The notes beneath the pieces are model-generated. The model ran no database searches. It saw only the letters and a list, made by a program, of their open reading frames with translations, and was not told where the DNA came from. Shown here in pieces: positions 22,600 through 32,688 of a stretch of DNA of 64,000 bases (positions within the stretch are counted from its first letter, which is position 1; every line of letters begins with the position of its first letter). A program made the position numbers and the translations under genes. The DNA is from a virus (lineage: Duplodnaviria > Caudoviricetes). The stretch lies in IMG/VR virus record IMGVR_UViG_3300035208_007487; one strand, given 5' to 3'.

Positions 22600-22866
22600 C
22601 TAGATTTCCTTTCCAAAATGACCTTCAAGCTCACCATAGGCCATTTCCATAAGATCACCATTAGGTGCGCTTTCATTCCGTCCGGGTGTATAGTCAGACA
22701 TAGAGAGAGCACTGTAAAGCTCGCTATCTTGCCCGCTATGGTAGTTTGAGGCATACCAATAAATAGCGCCCTCAATGTCGAATTCGTCAAAACCATAGAT
22801 CTTGAACTTGGGAAGATTGAGATATTCCCGCATTTCACTTGCGCTCGGATCAAAAAGCTTGCCCAT
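22600..22866 (-). CDS. acidic early hypothetical protein
   Basis: FDIEGAIYWYASNYHSGQDSELYSAL; GGAG RBS. Confidence 0.7.
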   Translation of the reverse strand: MGKLFDPSASEMREYLNLPKFKIYGFDEFDIEGAIYWYASNYHSGQDSELYSALSMSDYTPGRNESAPNGDLMEMAYGELEGHFGKEI

Positions 22867-22957
22867 GATTTTTCTCCATTGAAAGATTTTCTAGAATTCC
22901 TTATTAACAAGTATATATTCTAAATCCTAAGATGTCAAGAAAAAACATGAATAAAGA

Positions 22958-23040
22958 AAAAATAATTCTTCCAAAATTTAGCCTTGCAAATCAGTTCAGT
23001 CTATACTAAATTTCAAGAGATATTCAAAAGGAATAATAGA
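22958..23040 (+). repeat. conserved ~80-bp intergenic element, copy 5
   Basis: Matches copy 1. Confidence 0.9.
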
Positions 23041-23110
23041 TATATTAATCCATTATTCCATATTAAAAAATGAGTATATATAATATATACTCAATCACTC
23101 ACTCAATCAA

Positions 23111-23524
23111 TCAATTATGTTTTTGGGACGGTGTAAACCATTGATGAGTTTCAAAAATATCATTCAAATCATTTTTGTGAGCAATAGCACCTTGCCCATT
23201 TGAATCATATACAATAGTACTATTTTTCATATTCTTGATATGAATTAACCAACTGCATAATAGCTCTGGATATTCCAATTCAGTATTACATTTGGAAATA
23301 TCCTTTTCGCATTGTTCAATCAAGCCTTTAATCAAATCATGAATGAAATTATCAGAATCAAAAGGATCAAATGAACTTGGCATGAAAAACGTAGAAGGAA
23401 TACTATTGTAAAGGCTAAAGAAAAGATAGCCTACCAAATTGCTATTCCAAATAATAGCCGAAACCCCAAAATTGGCCTTGACGATGTGGTGCATATCGGC
23501 ATAGAAACTGCGCTCACTTGCCAT
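23111..23524 (-). CDS. hypothetical early protein
   Basis: ORF with own promoter. Confidence 0.65.
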   Translation of the reverse strand: MASERSFYADMHHIVKANFGVSAIIWNSNLVGYLFFSLYNSIPSTFFMPSSFDPFDSDNFIHDLIKGLIEQCEKDISKCNTELEYPELLCSWLIHIKNMKNSTIVYDSNGQGAIAHKNDLNDIFETHQWFTPSQKHN

Positions 23525-23594
23525 TTCATATCTTTCTTTTAGTGAGTAACATTACTCATAAGATGAATATAATAATTTTTGGAACTTTGGCAAC

Positions 23595-23866
23595 AAAAAA
23601 ACCCACCTATCACAAAGTAATAAATGGGAAAGCTTTCAAATTGTAAACCGCACAAGCTTAGAGAGTTGAAAGCTTTTTTGGGCCTTAACGCAGAACAAAT
23701 TGTAACGTGAGTTTTACGGCTCTCCGCGAATGTAATTCATTCGACCTCCAATGATGTACTGACAACGACAGCAAGCCCAAATAGAGCGTGCGAATTCTAT
23801 TTCTCACAATACCCAAGGTCGGGCAATAGTAGCGCCACCGAAAGTGCAGGCGGACTTCCTACACAT
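23595..23866 (-). ncRNA. candidate ~270-nt structured ncRNA
   Basis: Promoter 23869-23896 and terminator at about 23595-23628; no ORF longer than a few codons; GC-richer than flanks. Confidence 0.45.
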
Positions 23867-23989
23867 AGAATATAATAATTTGAAAGATGCTGTCAAGCTT
23901 TTTGGGAAGAAAATAATAGAGCAATGAATCCATTATTAGTATATAAAAATGAGCATACATATAATAGGTATGCTCAATCAATCACTCAC

Positions 23990-26349
23990 TCAATTAGGAA
24001 TTAGTACACACATTTCCAGGAAGTTTTCTTTTGTGATGACCACAAGGGTGTCACCATCTTTCTCATAAATGCCCTTCAGCTCCTTTAGAAGGTCTTTATA
24101 TTCTCCACAGGGGCAAGTAGCACTTTCCTCAATGTGGCCCTTTGAAACAGAGCTATGCTGACCAACATGGGCATAGCAAGTGAGATTTCCTTGTCTGTCG
24201 AAATTGACAGGAAAGGCTGCATAGATGTCGTCGTCCCCTTCGATGTCGCTATACTTGAGAAAAGTGACGTAATGAAGCATTTTCATTCTCCTTAAGAGTT
24301 AGAGCAACATTGCCCTTCACATAGAATATAAAAAAATCTAGAACTTTGGCAACTACTATTTTAGACTAATCCCAACAAGTATTCAGAACGGAAGCCTAAG
24401 AACTTTTTCAATTCTCCCTTGATTGTCTTATAAGGATGATTAAGGAATTGTAATAAAGAAGGCTTTTCACCTAATCCAATCATATTGTAAATCTCTTGCT
24501 TCTCATATCCATAATTGAATAAGGATTGTAATAAAATAATGTTATTTTCTGCATTCATCATTTCCTTCATGGTATCTACATATAGGGTAGTTTCTTTTTT
24601 CGGAGTAATGAATTTAATCTGCTTGGTTGGATAATCAATTTCAAAGGTGCTTTGAGCTTTACCATTCAAAAAATATAGGCTGTATTGCATTGTCATTCCT
24701 TATGTGGAGGTGAAGTAGTCCTAATATAATTAAATTAATATAATATGTAAACAAAAAAGGAAAGCATTGAAGCCTTCCTTTTCAATTCAGTCGATAATTA
24801 TTCTAAATTCTTGTGGCTAATCCAGTGGTTTGAACGAAAAGAAATTCCAATTGATCGCAATACACATCATCATGAGTTATTTTCAAATTCCAATAACCTT
24901 TGGAAATCCGATAAAAATCCATCCGATATGTATCTCGGCCTTCACAATAGCTCAAAATTAATCCATTCAAGCCATTATTTGCTTTGGCTTTGAAATGAAT
25001 CATTGCAGCATATTCACACTTACTAGCCTTGTAAGTATATGAATATGGAAGATTTGCTCCAATCATTTGAAGAAACCGGCTACCACCGATTTGATTCATC
25101 ATGGTAAAAACTACCTTTTTTACCTCTTCATCTGGAACAGTATTGTTTTCCATTTTATTCTACCTCATTAGAACCATGATAGAGTTTCCAATCCCGAATC
25201 TTTTTGTCAAGATATTTGATAAACCTTTCATCTTCAATCTCCGCCTGAGAAACCATATCGGTAATCCAGGAAAATTCTTCTCGCATTTTTTCAGTATAAA
25301 TTTTTACATTAGCGATAACTAATTCTAATGTATTGTGCATATTCCGATAAGCCTCGAATCTAGCTACATCTTTTTCTTGCTTGAATTTAGCATATTGAAT
25401 AGCCGCATTGGTATATGCGTCAACAGTGCCTTTATCCAGTTGATTAAGAAAGTCTAGCAATTGATCTTTGGCGCTCATTTTTTCACCTCTTAGGTTAAGT
25501 TGGGGGTTCTGTTATAAGTAATATAAAAATTCTTGAGGCTTTGGCAACAAAAAAGAGGATCTTTTTCAATCCTCTTATTATCCATTCTTCTGTACTTTGT
25601 TTGGTCCTTGAATGCTTGGCATCTTTGCTTTGGCAAAGGAATCCGAACTTTTGGTAATTCTAGCTTTCGCCTTTTGTAGTCTTTCATACCACAATTATTT
25701 ATCCTCTTACGTTGTAAGTATCTTCATTTACTATCCAGCCTGAAATGTTGCTTATTAGAATAGCATTAACAATTGGCTTTGCTGCTTCAATTGATACACC
25801 TTCCGATAATGGAGCTACTACTCTTTCAGTGGGAAGAAAACCTATTTTAAGGTCTTTTAATTCATCTCCTTCAAAAGCTTCCTCTGTTCCATCTGAATAT
25901 ACCTTGAAATATACTACTTCAGATGCTTCCTTGGCAAGCTCTGCAAGTGATTTATTTCCGCTAGAATAAGCCCTTAAATACTTTACTCCATCTTTTTCAA
26001 TGAGTATCTTAGATCCATCTACCCATTTTCCCCAAGGTAATGGTTTACTTTCAAAGTTGCGAACAAATCCATTCTCTGCTAATGTATCATTAACTCTATC
26101 TTCATAATCATCACCTATTGAATATAACTTAGTAGATTCTTTAACTACCCCCTCAATAGTAAGATTGGTAGGATGTGTGTAACATTCAGTAAGAGATACC
26201 TTAAGTTTACCAATAGATTTTATTCTATGGCCTTTCAATACTTTAGGATTAGTACGAGTAGTGATGAATAAATCAATTGGACCTTTACCATTAAATTCAT
26301 TCAATAATTCAGCTACTTTATTTGCGGGGATATTCTTTTTGCTAGACAT
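23990..26349 (-). CDS. early hypothetical genes (23990-24286, 24361-24696, 24803-25153, 25155-25478, 25490-25687, 25699-26349)
   Basis: ORF track; motifs such as CYAHVGQHS, NQIGGSRF, YEDRVN...LPWGKW recur in phage hypothetical families. Confidence 0.65.
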
Positions 26350-26460
26350 TAAATTACTCCAATTATTCTATGGTGTAATCTAATGGTAACATTTAATAAG
26401 GAACAATAAAAAAGGAGAGCTAATTTAGCCCTCCTTTAGATGAACATTGAAAATTGAAGA

Positions 26461-26976
26461 TTAGGCAGCGGCGGGAGTCGAAGTATCAGCCTTCGGAGCG
26501 GCACCGTTCTTTGATCCCTTGGGGGCACGGTGGGTAACTTCGCCCTTGAACTGCTCCTGCAAGCGCTTGATCATCTTGGAAATGGAGTTCAGGCGAATGG
26601 AATCCAGCTTGGCAGTGAACTTGCGAGGAGCCTTGATGCCCTCAGCCGCGCCGCGAACCTGGGCATTGATCGTGCATTCGTGGCCGAAAAGAGCCTCATT
26701 GAGAGCCACTTCGACCATTTCATCTTCGACCTTCACCAGAACCTTGGAATCCGGCAAAGTCTTGATGGAATCCAAGATGCTCTGACGAAGCTTCTGATCC
26801 TCGTCCTTACGAGCGCTCTTCTGAACACCCATCGCCTGCTTCACTTCGTCCTGCTTCTGCTTCAGAATGGACTGAATCTTCTTGAGGTCCGTGGTGGGGA
26901 TCGCATTGACATCCAGGGTGACAACCGGAGTATCGGTCTTGGGAGCAGCGGCTGGAGTGTTGATCGTGTTTTCCAT
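26461..26976 (-). CDS. GC-rich early protein, paralog 1 (basic Pro/Ala/Lys-rich tail)
   Basis: Likely start MENTINT; core shared with 28619..29269; two tandem promoters upstream. Confidence 0.8.
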   Translation of the reverse strand: MENTINTPAAAPKTDTPVVTLDVNAIPTTDLKKIQSILKQKQDEVKQAMGVQKSARKDEDQKLRQSILDSIKTLPDSKVLVKVEDEMVEVALNEALFGHECTINAQVRGAAEGIKAPRKFTAKLDSIRLNSISKMIKRLQEQFKGEVTHRAPKGSKNGAAPKADTSTPAAA

Positions 26977-27259
26977 TGTCTTGTCTTTCTGATTGTGGTG
27001 AGTTTGTGAGTGGCTTTCAAGAGTCATTCTTGATTACCCTCTTGTATCTCTAATATCATTTTTCCAAGTTGCCTTGTCAAGCGATATTTTGAGATTTTGA
27101 AGTGAGAGGTTTTTGATTCCCTCCCCTTCCTTACACATAGAATATAAAAATTTAGCGACTCATGTCAAGTCTTTTGGAAAGAAACTTTGAAATTCTTTGC
27201 TTTAGTAGTAGTGAGTCAACATGAGCAGAACAACATTAAAGATCTTTAATACTAGCCTA

Positions 27260-27337
27260 AAAATAATTCCAAAATTTAGCCTTGCAAATTTGTCCAGTCT
27301 ATACTAAATTTCAACTATATAAGAATGGAATAATAGA
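27260..27337 (+). repeat. conserved ~80-bp intergenic element, copy 6
   Basis: Matches copy 1. Confidence 0.88.
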
Positions 27338-27398
27338 TATCTTAATCCATTAATACTATATAAAAAATCCCCTAAAATTTCTCTTAGAGGATTAAATA

Positions 27399-27471
27399 TG
27401 TGCCCGGTGGGGCTTGGACCCACGACCCGCGACTTAAAAGGCCGCTGCTCTACCAACTGAGCTACAAGCAC
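27399..27471 (-). tRNA. trnK: tRNA-Lys(UUU)
   Basis: GTGCTTGTAGCTCAGTTGGTAGAGCA GCGGC CTTTTAA GTCGC...GTGGGTCCAAGCCCCAC CGGGCACA cloverleaf; CCA not encoded. Confidence 0.92.
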
Positions 27472-27609
27472 GTCTCAAATCTCAACACATTATGCTATCA
27501 TCCAATAGAGGTGAGAAGCTAATTGGACGATTCCTTGAAGGCTATCCTTCCTCATCTCTCATGTAAATAATATAATAATTTTACCCAGCTCTGTCAACTT
27601 TTTCTTCAA

Positions 27610-28401
27610 CTATCTCAAATCATATTGAGAAACCTGAACATTATCAATAATTATATTATTTAGATTAACTTTAGCTCTAGTAATAATATTATCAATTGCA
27701 GTATGTGATAATAATAATTCTTCACCTAATTCTCGTAATGTCTTTTTCTTCTTCCCAAACAATCCTTCATAATTAATCAAACAGAATTTTTCTCGTTCTT
27801 CTAATTGATTGATATATCTATGGATTAGATCTACCCTAGCCTTTACCAATATTTGGGTTAATGCATTCTCTGCATTAGGATCGGGCACAATCTCTTCCAA
27901 TGTAGTATCATTCCCATTACCTAATACAATGGGAGAATCAATTGGAGTAGTATTCAATAATGGTAGTATATTATCTTGCAATTCTTTTTTCAATTCAGTC
28001 TCTTCAGGGGTTAGATTATCCCGTTCAAAGATTCTTAGCTTTTTTGCCTTACTTAACAGAGTGTAATAGTTATGTGGAATATGAATGATTGGAGCATTTC
28101 GATATTCCTTTTGACATTCAGATCTCATATAGAATCCAATATGCTTGGCAAAATGTATCTCACCTAGATACATCTTATCATCTGCATACTTTTTGATTCC
28201 ATCCATGAATCCCTTAATACAGGCAGTCATTGCAATATCAAAAGATAAGCTACTTGCTCGCTTGGCAATTTTGATTCGTAAGGGTTGATACTGAATGAAT
28301 AATGAACTTACTAGGTTATTCCAATCTTGCCGATAAACTTTTCCATCTGGTCTACAAAATACTCTACAAAATTCAGCTTTATGTGTACTGTATTCAGGCA
28401 T
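27610..28401 (-). CDS. sigma70-family RNA polymerase sigma factor
   Basis: Likely start MPEYST; GFMDGIKKY...FAKHIGFYMRSE, IIHIP, TLEEIVPD, LEEREKFCL...KTLRELGEELLLSH region-4 HTH. Confidence 0.82.
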   Translation of the reverse strand: MPEYSTHKAEFCRVFCRPDGKVYRQDWNNLVSSLFIQYQPLRIKIAKRASSLSFDIAMTACIKGFMDGIKKYADDKMYLGEIHFAKHIGFYMRSECQKEYRNAPIIHIPHNYYTLLSKAKKLRIFERDNLTPEETELKKELQDNILPLLNTTPIDSPIVLGNGNDTTLEEIVPDPNAENALTQILVKARVDLIHRYINQLEEREKFCLINYEGLFGKKKKTLRELGEELLLSHTAIDNIITRAKVNLNNIIIDNVQVSQYDLR

Positions 28402-28618
28402 GGAATCCTTTTCTGGGAACAAAGAGGTTAAGCCATTAATATATTCCAATCTGATGAATAAAATTAAGATTATGAGTAAGGGGAAATTCCCTTGCCTGGA
28501 TTCTAATATAGTGCAGCTATCCATAGTGGGCAAGAGAAAATTTTACATATTTTGAAACACAAAAAAGGAGAACCAAAATGGTCCTCCCTTTCATCTTATC
28601 ACTTGGCTTGATTTTTGA

Positions 28619-29269
28619 TTAGGCTACGACTGCCTTGGGTGCCTTCTTGCCCTTGTGCTTGGGCACCTTGACGGTATCAACCACGGGAGCGGGAACAGGT
28701 GCAGGAATCTCGGCCTTGGGTGCTTCGGGAGCGTGGCCCTCTTCCATCGTGGATTCGGTCGGCTTCACATGGCGAGTGACTTCGCCCTTGAACTGAGCAT
28801 TCAGCCGGGCAATGGCCTTCTGAATTCCGGTCATGCGAATGGAGTCCAGCTTGGCCGTGAACTTGCGAGGGGCCTTTGTTCCCTCGGGCTGGCCCTTCAC
28901 CTGAGCCATGATCGTGCATTCGTGGCCGAAAAGAGCCTCTTCCAAGCTCACTTCCACGTACTCCCCTTCGACCTTCACCACCACAGGATGGCTCTTGAGG
29001 GCGCGAAGATCATCCAAGATCGTCTGACGAAGCTTCTGATCGTCACCCTTCCTGGCCTTCTTCTGGTCGTCGAGAACCTTCGAGGTGCTGGCCAGAGCCG
29101 CCTTCAGAAGCGAATCAGCCTTCTTCAGGACATCCTTGGGAAGAGCAGCCATTTCCTCGGAACTGAGAGCCGAAAACTTGGCGGCAGTGATGTTCTCGAC
29201 CGTGAGAACTTCATTGATGACGGTTTCGGTGAAAGCAGAGACAGGAGCGGAAGTAAGCGTGGTTTCCAT
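28619..29269 (-). CDS. GC-rich early protein, paralog 2
   Basis: Likely start METTLT; DQKLRQ.ILD...EALFGHECTI.AQV.G..EG.KAPRKFTAKLDSIR...QFKGEVT shared with 26461; C-terminal KVPKHKGKKAPK. Confidence 0.8.
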   Translation of the reverse strand: METTLTSAPVSAFTETVINEVLTVENITAAKFSALSSEEMAALPKDVLKKADSLLKAALASTSKVLDDQKKARKGDDQKLRQTILDDLRALKSHPVVVKVEGEYVEVSLEEALFGHECTIMAQVKGQPEGTKAPRKFTAKLDSIRMTGIQKAIARLNAQFKGEVTRHVKPTESTMEEGHAPEAPKAEIPAPVPAPVVDTVKVPKHKGKKAPKAVVA

Positions 29270-29457
29270 TGTAGTGTCTTTCTTTTGAGGTTGAGAGGCT
29301 TGGAGAACCATTCTCGTCGTCTCTTACACATAGAATATAAAAATCTAGTGACTTTTGGCAACTAAATCTGAAAGAAAGTTAAAGATAATTTGCAGAACTA
29401 GCTAGGAGGGATTTTCTTGCCTAGTTGCGAGTATATATAATAGCAGAATAGAAGTCA

Positions 29458-29535
29458 AAAATAATTCCAAAATTTAACCTTGCAAATCAGTTCAGTCTAT
29501 ACTAAATTTCAAGTATATACAAAAGGAATAATAGA
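29458..29535 (+). repeat. conserved ~80-bp intergenic element, copy 7
   Basis: Matches copy 1. Confidence 0.9.
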
Positions 29536-29658
29536 TATACTAATCCATTATTACATAAAAAGAAAGAGTATATATTACTGCATACTCAATCAATCACTCA
29601 ATTAAATGTTGTCGGAAATATATATAATAAGGAATTTATTATTTGCATAAATAGCAAT

Positions 29659-30438
29659 ATGTATAATAAATCAGTAATTAATTTAGCTAAAAAAATGAAA
29701 TTAAATGGAAGCTCAATTAGCGAAATAAGTAGAAAAATTTGTGCTAGTAGATCAGCCATTAAAGAATGGGTTACTCAATCAAAAAGATACACACCTAAAA
29801 ACATATTTTATAATATAACTACTTTTGAATCATTTACTAATAATATGGCAAAGTTTGAAGAATATAGAAAATCATATTATTACTTATTGGGCCAATATTT
29901 GGGAGATGGATGCATTAGCTTAATGAAAAATAAACGAACATACGAACTACGGATAATGTGTGCTGATTCACATCCTATGATAATTGAAGAAGTTAAGAAA
30001 TCCTTAAATATAGTATTTCCATATAATAAAATACAAGATGTGAAACGTCCAGGCTGTCGTTCAATTGGAATATATTGCAGTGCGTTACCTCAAATATTTC
30101 CTCACACTGGAAAGGGCAAAAAACATAATAGAATCATTAAATTAATAGATTGGCAACTTAATTATTTAGAATCAAATAAAATTTATTTACTAAAAGGACT
30201 ATTTCATTCAGATGGATCATATTATTATTCAAAAGCGACTAATAATTATCACTATAATTTTACCAATTGCTCATTAGATATTCATAATATTTTTCAAAAT
30301 TGTTTAGAGTCATTAAACATTAGATATACCTTTAATAAAAGAAAATGTAAAAAAATATTACCTAATGATATATATTTAACAATAATTTATCGCAAATCTG
30401 AAGTAGATAAATTATTTGAATTAATTGGGCCTAAATAA
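29659..30438 (+). CDS. free-standing HTH + double-motif LAGLIDADG homing endonuclease-like protein
   Basis: N-terminal HTH (SISEISRKICASRSAIKEWV); YYLLGQYLGDGCI and LLKGLFHSDGS motifs; TAAATA-N5-ATG. Confidence 0.85.
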   Translation: MYNKSVINLAKKMKLNGSSISEISRKICASRSAIKEWVTQSKRYTPKNIFYNITTFESFTNNMAKFEEYRKSYYYLLGQYLGDGCISLMKNKRTYELRIMCADSHPMIIEEVKKSLNIVFPYNKIQDVKRPGCRSIGIYCSALPQIFPHTGKGKKHNRIIKLIDWQLNYLESNKIYLLKGLFHSDGSYYYSKATNNYHYNFTNCSLDIHNIFQNCLESLNIRYTFNKRKCKKILPNDIYLTIIYRKSEVDKLFELIGPK

Positions 30439-30470
30439 AAAAACCTCCTAGAAATTAATCTAGGAGGATT
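30439..30470. terminator. bidirectional intrinsic terminator
   Basis: CCTCCTAGA-AATTAA-TCTAGGAGG hairpin between the convergent endonuclease and tRNA-Leu. Confidence 0.75.
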
Positions 30471-30475
30471 TATAG

Positions 30476-30840
30476 TGCCCAAGGCGGGACTTGAACCCGC
30501 ACGGCCTTACGGCCAAAGCATTTTACTTACCACTATTACTTTCGTAACCAATCAATTAGATTGTTTGTGGTCTGGACTATCCCTTCATCATATTCAATTT
30601 CTTGAAGTTAGATGGGCGATTATAGTCTCTACACCTTCCTATTACTAGGCTTGGCACGGTATTGGGTCAATATTGCTATTAGGCCGTTCACCGTTAGCAG
30701 CTTATCTAGATAAACTACCCTCAAGGGACTCTTATGTCACTACTTGAGATTACGCCTTACTACATATTCGTTTCCAAATATGCGACCCAACCCTATTACT
30801 AGGGTTTAGTGCTCAGTGTCTACCATTCCACCACCAGGGC
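30476..30840 (-). tRNA. trnL: tRNA-Leu(UAA) interrupted by a group I intron
   Basis: 5' exon GCCCTGG...GAGCACT (30840-30808) plus 3' exon TAAAATGCTT...GGTTCAAGTCC...TTGGGCA (30525-30476). Spliced loop is CT-TAA-AA; long variable arm. Confidence 0.9.
30526..30807 (-). ncRNA. group I self-splicing intron (282 nt, no ORF)
   Basis: P1 with U.G at the 5' splice site; R element TGTAGAGACTATAA and S element GGGATAGTCC (P7); terminal G. Confidence 0.88.
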
Positions 30841-30853
30841 ATGAGCTAAAAAA

Positions 30854-31219
30854 TGAAGCTAAAAAGAATTGCCTATTACCTTGTTTATATCTGCTTGATG
30901 CAGTATATTAGGTTCTGTTCATTGACTCGGATTAAGGTGAACCCGATGATTGTAAATGGCCTGAAAAACTAACAATGATCCGTTCAGTTTCATCTTCAGT
31001 TTGACGTGAGGGCTTTATTTACTATCATTTTATTACACTTGCGTTTTTGTAATTAGGCTACTGGACTAACTACAATCTATTTCAGTTTATGTGGATGACT
31101 GAAAAAAGATATTTTACCACAAGCCTATCATTCTTTTGATTTGATTTACCTCAAGGACTATGATTCACGAAGAGCGTAGCCATTAAGTGCTTCAAATGGT
31201 TATTGCTAACCTAGCTTCA
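30854..31219 (-). ncRNA. candidate ~365-nt structured ncRNA in the tRNA operon
   Basis: Ends pair (TGAAGCTA/TAGCTTCA); multiple internal hairpins; no ORF. Confidence 0.55.
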
Positions 31220-31245
31220 ACTATTCCAAAGATTTCAAAGAACAA

Positions 31246-31333
31246 TGGGGGATGATGGATTCGAACCACCGATATCAAGCAGTTCACTTGGTAGCTCACT
31301 GCTAGGTGCCTTAAGCCTCTGGGCTAATCCCCC
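31246..31333 (-). tRNA. tRNA-like RNA with enlarged anticodon arm
   Basis: Perfect acceptor GGGGGAT/ATCCCCC-A, D arm, T arm GGTGG-TTCGAAT-CCATC; anticodon arm AGCAGT/ACTGCT with 14-nt loop. Confidence 0.65.
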
Positions 31334-31574
31334 AATCTCATGTATTCAATATAATAATTTGGGCTACTGTTGGCAACTTTTGGGAGAAGATTTCTTAAAA
31401 TTCTGCAAGCTCTCAAACACACTGAACAAGCTAGCATCCTTGTTGCTCTGGCTTGCCTTTAGCTCGCTCATATTCACAACCGCTTCAAACAATAGATCAA
31501 CATCCTTCATCATATACTCTTTCTGATTGATTTATCTTGCTGCCTTACCATAAGGTGTAGCAAACATAGTAAAG

Positions 31575-31800
31575 AAAAAAGAGACTTGCAAGGGTTTATT
31601 CTTACAAGTCTCAATAGCACACTTCACATTTTTTAACTAGTGTACGGTAGTGTCTCACCTAGCTTACGCCCTAGCTTTTTGCATTTTGATATTTAAGGCA
31701 TATGCGGAGCAAAGTCACCTGTGCCCAAGGGGATTTAGCTAGTCTCTTCTCATGTTCGCGGCCTGAGTCAAGACTTGCATGGCTTCCTAGATCCACCTCA
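31575..31800 (-). ncRNA. candidate ~220-nt sRNA
   Basis: Promoter 31804-31832 and terminator GAGACTTGT...GCAAGTCTC-T7; only very short ORFs. Confidence 0.4.
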
Positions 31801-31835
31801 ACCAATATAATAAATGAATTTAATTCTGGCAAGCC

Positions 31836-32488
31836 CTACATGTACAGTTCTTCAACCGTCTTTCTACTCTTGCATTTGGATAGTGACAATTCATGCCACC
31901 AAAGAGGAGTAGAATATCCATCCATTTTTACTAGACAATATTCTTTCTGGTGTACTCTAATGATCTGTCCAGTTGAACAAATCATGTGCTGTCTGTCACG
32001 ATATTGATGGTAATCTTGTTTAATGTCTATGTGTTCTTCAGTTGGTCGAAGACACATGACAATGACAAAATCCTTAGCAGAAAATGACATTGCATGCTCC
32101 TGGTCGATGGGAATATTCCCCTACTAGGAATATAAAATTCTAGCCAACCTTGCCAACTACAAAATGAACTATTTTCGGCTTTGTCAACTACTATTTTGAC
32201 TTTTTTGAAGATCTCAAAATTCCAATGTTCATCACTAATTAACACCTAAGATTAGCTCAGATACAGAAAAAGACAGTGATTAGCGTCACTGCCTTCTTCC
32301 TGGAATTAGATGCCACTCTTTTTCCTACTTTTGACTTTCAGGAGAGAATGCTGCCATCCCATTGGGATGGCCTCCCTATTATCAAAAGTAATTGCTAGAT
32401 TAAGCTCGTTTCTCAGTTCAAGCTCGTTCATATCCCTTTCACTAAATGCCGCAACTGTGCATTTAGATATTCCATCTATGACTAACAT
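31836..32488 (-). CDS. small hypothetical genes (31836-32090, 32306-32488)
   Basis: ORF track; RBS AGGAG upstream of the first. Confidence 0.5.
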
Positions 32489-32688
32489 TCCAGAAAAATG
32501 GACAAATTTTCTGGGCCTGATAGGTTATAATTTAAGCTCAATGTACTAAGCCTACACCACATGAGCCGAGTTTTCTGAGGATTACCAGGGATTGGCTCAT
32601 CCTCTCCAACAATATGAATATAATAAATTGAACTACATGTGGCAACCTATTTGAGAAGAAAAATCTATCAACAACTTATCAACATACG

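Noticed and set aside
26519-29365. Long antisense ORFs over the GC-rich genes (also 15920-16246 and 20845-21321)
   Set aside because: Expected shadows of G/C-ending codon bias; no promoters, RBS or motifs.
30854-31333. tmRNA or RNase P RNA
   Set aside because: No tag-peptide ORF within tRNA-like ends, no G3.U70 pair, and no GAGGAAAGUCC-type motif seen.
31245-31526. Plus-strand 93-aa ORF
   Set aside because: Antisense to the tRNA-like gene and a small minus-strand ORF.
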